A stretch of 64,000 nt of DNA. It comes from Rhodospirillaceae bacterium (GTDB lineage: Bacteria > Pseudomonadota > Alphaproteobacteria > UBA6615). Shown one piece after another: positions 61,828 through 64,000 of this stretch (positions within the stretch are counted from its first letter, which is position 1; the number at the start of each line of letters is the position of its first letter). The position numbers and the translations under genes were made by a program. The DNA lies in the NCBI GenBank assembly GCA_018667335.1, contig JABIVD010000029.1, positions 91,381 to 155,380 on the forward strand. Reading direction: 5' to 3'. The notes under the pieces are model-generated. The model did not search any database. It was not told the DNA's origin and worked only from the letters and a program-made list of their open reading frames with translations.

Positions 61828-63069
61828 CTAGATCGATACGGGCATGCTGGTCAGGCCACGAAACCGGGCCCGGCCGCCGCGGCTGATGGGGCCGGTGCGT
61901 TGCAGGTTCGGGAACGCGGCGACCAGCTTGCCGATGGCGATCGTGCCCTCCATGCGCGCGAGCGGCGCGCCAATGCAGGCGTGGATGCCGGCGGCAAACG
62001 CCAGATGCTTGTTGGGCGTGCGCGTGATGTCAAAACCATCCGGATTGTCGAAGGCGTCCGGGTCGCGATTGGCGCCGCCGATGCTCGTGAGCAGCTGGGT
62101 GCCGGGCGCGAGCGTGATGCCGCCGACCTCGAACGGTTCGGCGATGCCGCGGTTGCCGATCTGCAGCGGGCTGTCGAAGCGCAGCATTTCCTCGATCGCG
62201 CCCGCGATCAGTGACGGGTCGTCGCGCAGTTTCTGCAGCTGATCGGGATTGTCGAACATTGCCTTCATTCCGTTGCCCACGAGGTTCGTCGTCGTCTCGT
62301 GGCCGCCGTTGAGCAGCAGGATGCAGTTCTGGACGAGCTCGTCCTCGGTCAGCGGATCGTCCTCGGACTCCTGGGATTCGATCAGATCCTCCAGGATGTC
62401 TCCGACGCGTACGCCGCGCGACATGTTCCGCCGCTTCTCTGCGAGAAGGTCGCGCAGGAAGGCCGTGAACTCGCTGACCGCGCGGTTGCCGGCCGCGATC
62501 ATGTCCGGCGTTGCCGTCGGCTCCAGGGGGGTCAGGATTTCCCGTGACCATTCCTGCAGCCTCTCGCGTTCGCTCCCGTCGATGCCGAGCATGGAGCAGA
62601 TCACCTCCACCGGCAGCGGGAACGCGAAATCCAGGACGAGGTCCATCCCGCCGTCGGCGCGGCAGCGTTCGATCAGGCTGTCGACGAGCTCGACCACCCG
62701 GAATTCGAGCTGCTGCAGGGCGCGGGGCGTGAACGCGTGGCGCAGGAGGTTGCGAATGCGGGTGTGGTAGGGCGGGTCGCTGAACAGCATTGACGTGGTG
62801 TGCTGTTCCAGAAGCGGGCCCGGCCCGTATTTCTTCGTGAACATCTCGGTCTTGTCGGACGTCATGCCCTTGGTCCGGTAGACGCGGCGCACGTCTTCGT
62901 AGCGCGTCAGGTAGAAGGAACCGTCGGGGTTCTCGTGCACCGGGTCGAGTTCGCGCAGCGCCTTGTAATAGGGATAGGGGCTCTCGTAGAACGCCGGCGG
63001 CGGCGCATAAAGGCTGAACCCGTCGATCAACGCTTCCTGCGAACCGTGATGGTTGGTCAAAGCGGACAT
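61828..63069 (-). CDS. cytochrome P450
   Basis: Heme-binding FAAGIHACIGAPLARME. EXXR. ATG 63069 with a GGAGA SD; ORF track start 63114. Confidence 0.88.
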   Translation of the reverse strand: MSALTNHHGSQEALIDGFSLYAPPPAFYESPYPYYKALRELDPVHENPDGSFYLTRYEDVRRVYRTKGMTSDKTEMFTKKYGPGPLLEQHTTSMLFSDPPYHTRIRNLLRHAFTPRALQQLEFRVVELVDSLIERCRADGGMDLVLDFAFPLPVEVICSMLGIDGSERERLQEWSREILTPLEPTATPDMIAAGNRAVSEFTAFLRDLLAEKRRNMSRGVRVGDILEDLIESQESEDDPLTEDELVQNCILLLNGGHETTTNLVGNGMKAMFDNPDQLQKLRDDPSLIAGAIEEMLRFDSPLQIGNRGIAEPFEVGGITLAPGTQLLTSIGGANRDPDAFDNPDGFDITRTPNKHLAFAAGIHACIGAPLARMEGTIAIGKLVAAFPNLQRTGPISRGGRARFRGLTSMPVSI

Positions 63070-63188
63070 GATGTCTCCGTACAAAGGCAGAGGCCGAAGG
63101 GTTACCGTAAACAACGCGTCGGTTTATGACTAGAACGAGAACGTGCCGCCGGCAGGGTCGGCACCGGAGCAACAGGGATCAGTTTGTG

Positions 63189-63890
63189 ATGAGCCATCAT
63201 GGTGATGACACAGAACATCATTACGTCCATCGGATTGGCTGGCTACGGGCCGCCGTTCTGGGCGCGAATGACGGCATCGTCTCGACGGCGAGCCTGATCG
63301 TCGGTGTCGCGGCCGCCGCCGCGGACCGGGAGACCATTCTGATTGCCGGTATTGCCGGGTTGGTGGCCGGCGCGACGGCGATGGCGGCCGGCGAATATGT
63401 TTCGGTCAGCTCCCAATCCGACACGGAGCGCGCGGATCTCGAGACCGAACGCCTGGCGCTGGAGGCGTCGCCGGACGAAGAACTGGCGGAACTGGCCGAA
63501 GTCTATGAGGGCCGCGGTCTCGAGCCGGCGTTGGCGATGGAGGTCGCGACCCAGCTGACGGCCCATGACGCGCTAGGCGCCCATGCCCGTGACGAACTGG
63601 GAATGCATGACACCGGTGCGGCACGCCCCCTGCAGGCTGCCGTGACCTCGGCTGCGACGTTCTCCATCGGCGCCGGTTTGCCGTTGATTGCCGTGGCATT
63701 GGTGTCTGTGAGTCAGGCCATACCGGTGGTGTCCATCGCCTCGCTGGCGAGCCTGGCGTTGCTGGGGGCGATTTCCTCCAAGGTCGGCGGTGCCCCCGTC
63801 GCGCGCGCGACGGCGCGCGTGACCCTGTGGGGTGCGTTCGCGATGGCCCTCACGGCCGCGATCGGTAGCCTCGTGGGGACGGCGATCTAG
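63189..63890 (+). CDS. VIT1/CCC1-family iron/manganese transporter
   Basis: HRIGWLRAAVLGANDGIVSTASLIVGV VIT signature. About 5 TM. ORF track begins at 63126. Confidence 0.8.
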   Translation: MSHHGDDTEHHYVHRIGWLRAAVLGANDGIVSTASLIVGVAAAAADRETILIAGIAGLVAGATAMAAGEYVSVSSQSDTERADLETERLALEASPDEELAELAEVYEGRGLEPALAMEVATQLTAHDALGAHARDELGMHDTGAARPLQAAVTSAATFSIGAGLPLIAVALVSVSQAIPVVSIASLASLALLGAISSKVGGAPVARATARVTLWGAFAMALTAAIGSLVGTAI

Positions 63891-64000
63891 CATCTATCGC
63901 GTTGCCGGCGCATTGCTGGGCGGGCCTGCATACAATCGTGCGGCGGAAGCCATCCGAAGTTGTTTCACAAGCCTCTCAAGTAAAGTCGTACTTTGTACTA

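Noticed and set aside
59748-63172. 531-aa and 380-aa minus-strand ORFs in alternative frames over the thiolase/oxygenase/P450 genes
   Set aside because: Arg/Pro-rich frames lacking motifs. The P450 heme loop, IPNS-like HxD and thiolase Cys are in the frames reported as features.

Overview
This is a high-GC (about 65%) alphaproteobacterial chromosomal segment that reads like the origin-proximal core of a Caulobacter/Hyphomonas-type genome, and it is almost entirely housekeeping. Gene order: cytochrome c' and a diheme cytochrome c; a Crp-family regulator, MFS transporter and OmpR-type regulator; ribA; yggS, a cupin-4/JmjC oxygenase, a TPR-sulfotransferase and a porin; leuS-lptE-holA; then parB-parA-rsmG-mnmG-mnmE on the minus strand with two perfect parS palindromes. 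An inserted yyaL-ogt-qor block is followed by rho, hemJ-hemH-hemE, a 475-bp non-coding gap that is the best candidate for oriC (hemE | ori | DUF299 synteny), and the DUF299-maf-aroE-coaE-dnaQ operon. Downstream come secB, fxsA, tim44-like, mltA, lutABC, smr-xre, a GIY-YIG gene embedded in hairpin repeats, a cyclase, hslVU with a sigma-32-like promoter, a cNMP-binding-FHA fusion protein, the hisB-hisH-hisA-hisF-hisE operon interrupted by a methyltransferase, DUF2628 and a GNAT gene, hit, tauD, panCB, and a minus-strand P450 / IPNS-like oxygenase / thiolase / small-protein operon with recurring TTGTGC-N3-GCACAA-like operator motifs, then a VIT transporter. No rRNA, tRNA, CRISPR array or intact IS element was found. 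Non-coding structure worth noting: a family of about 29-bp paired hairpin repeats at four loci, an unclassified 100-bp inverted-repeat element, and two identical terminator hairpins. The most unusual coding loci are the cNMP-FHA fusion, the Met-rich cytochrome c' with its neighbours, the cupin-4 plus TPR-sulfotransferase pair, a possible Tlde1-like L,D-transpeptidase, and the P450 operon. All calls come from reading motifs in the ORF-track translations; nothing was searched against a database.
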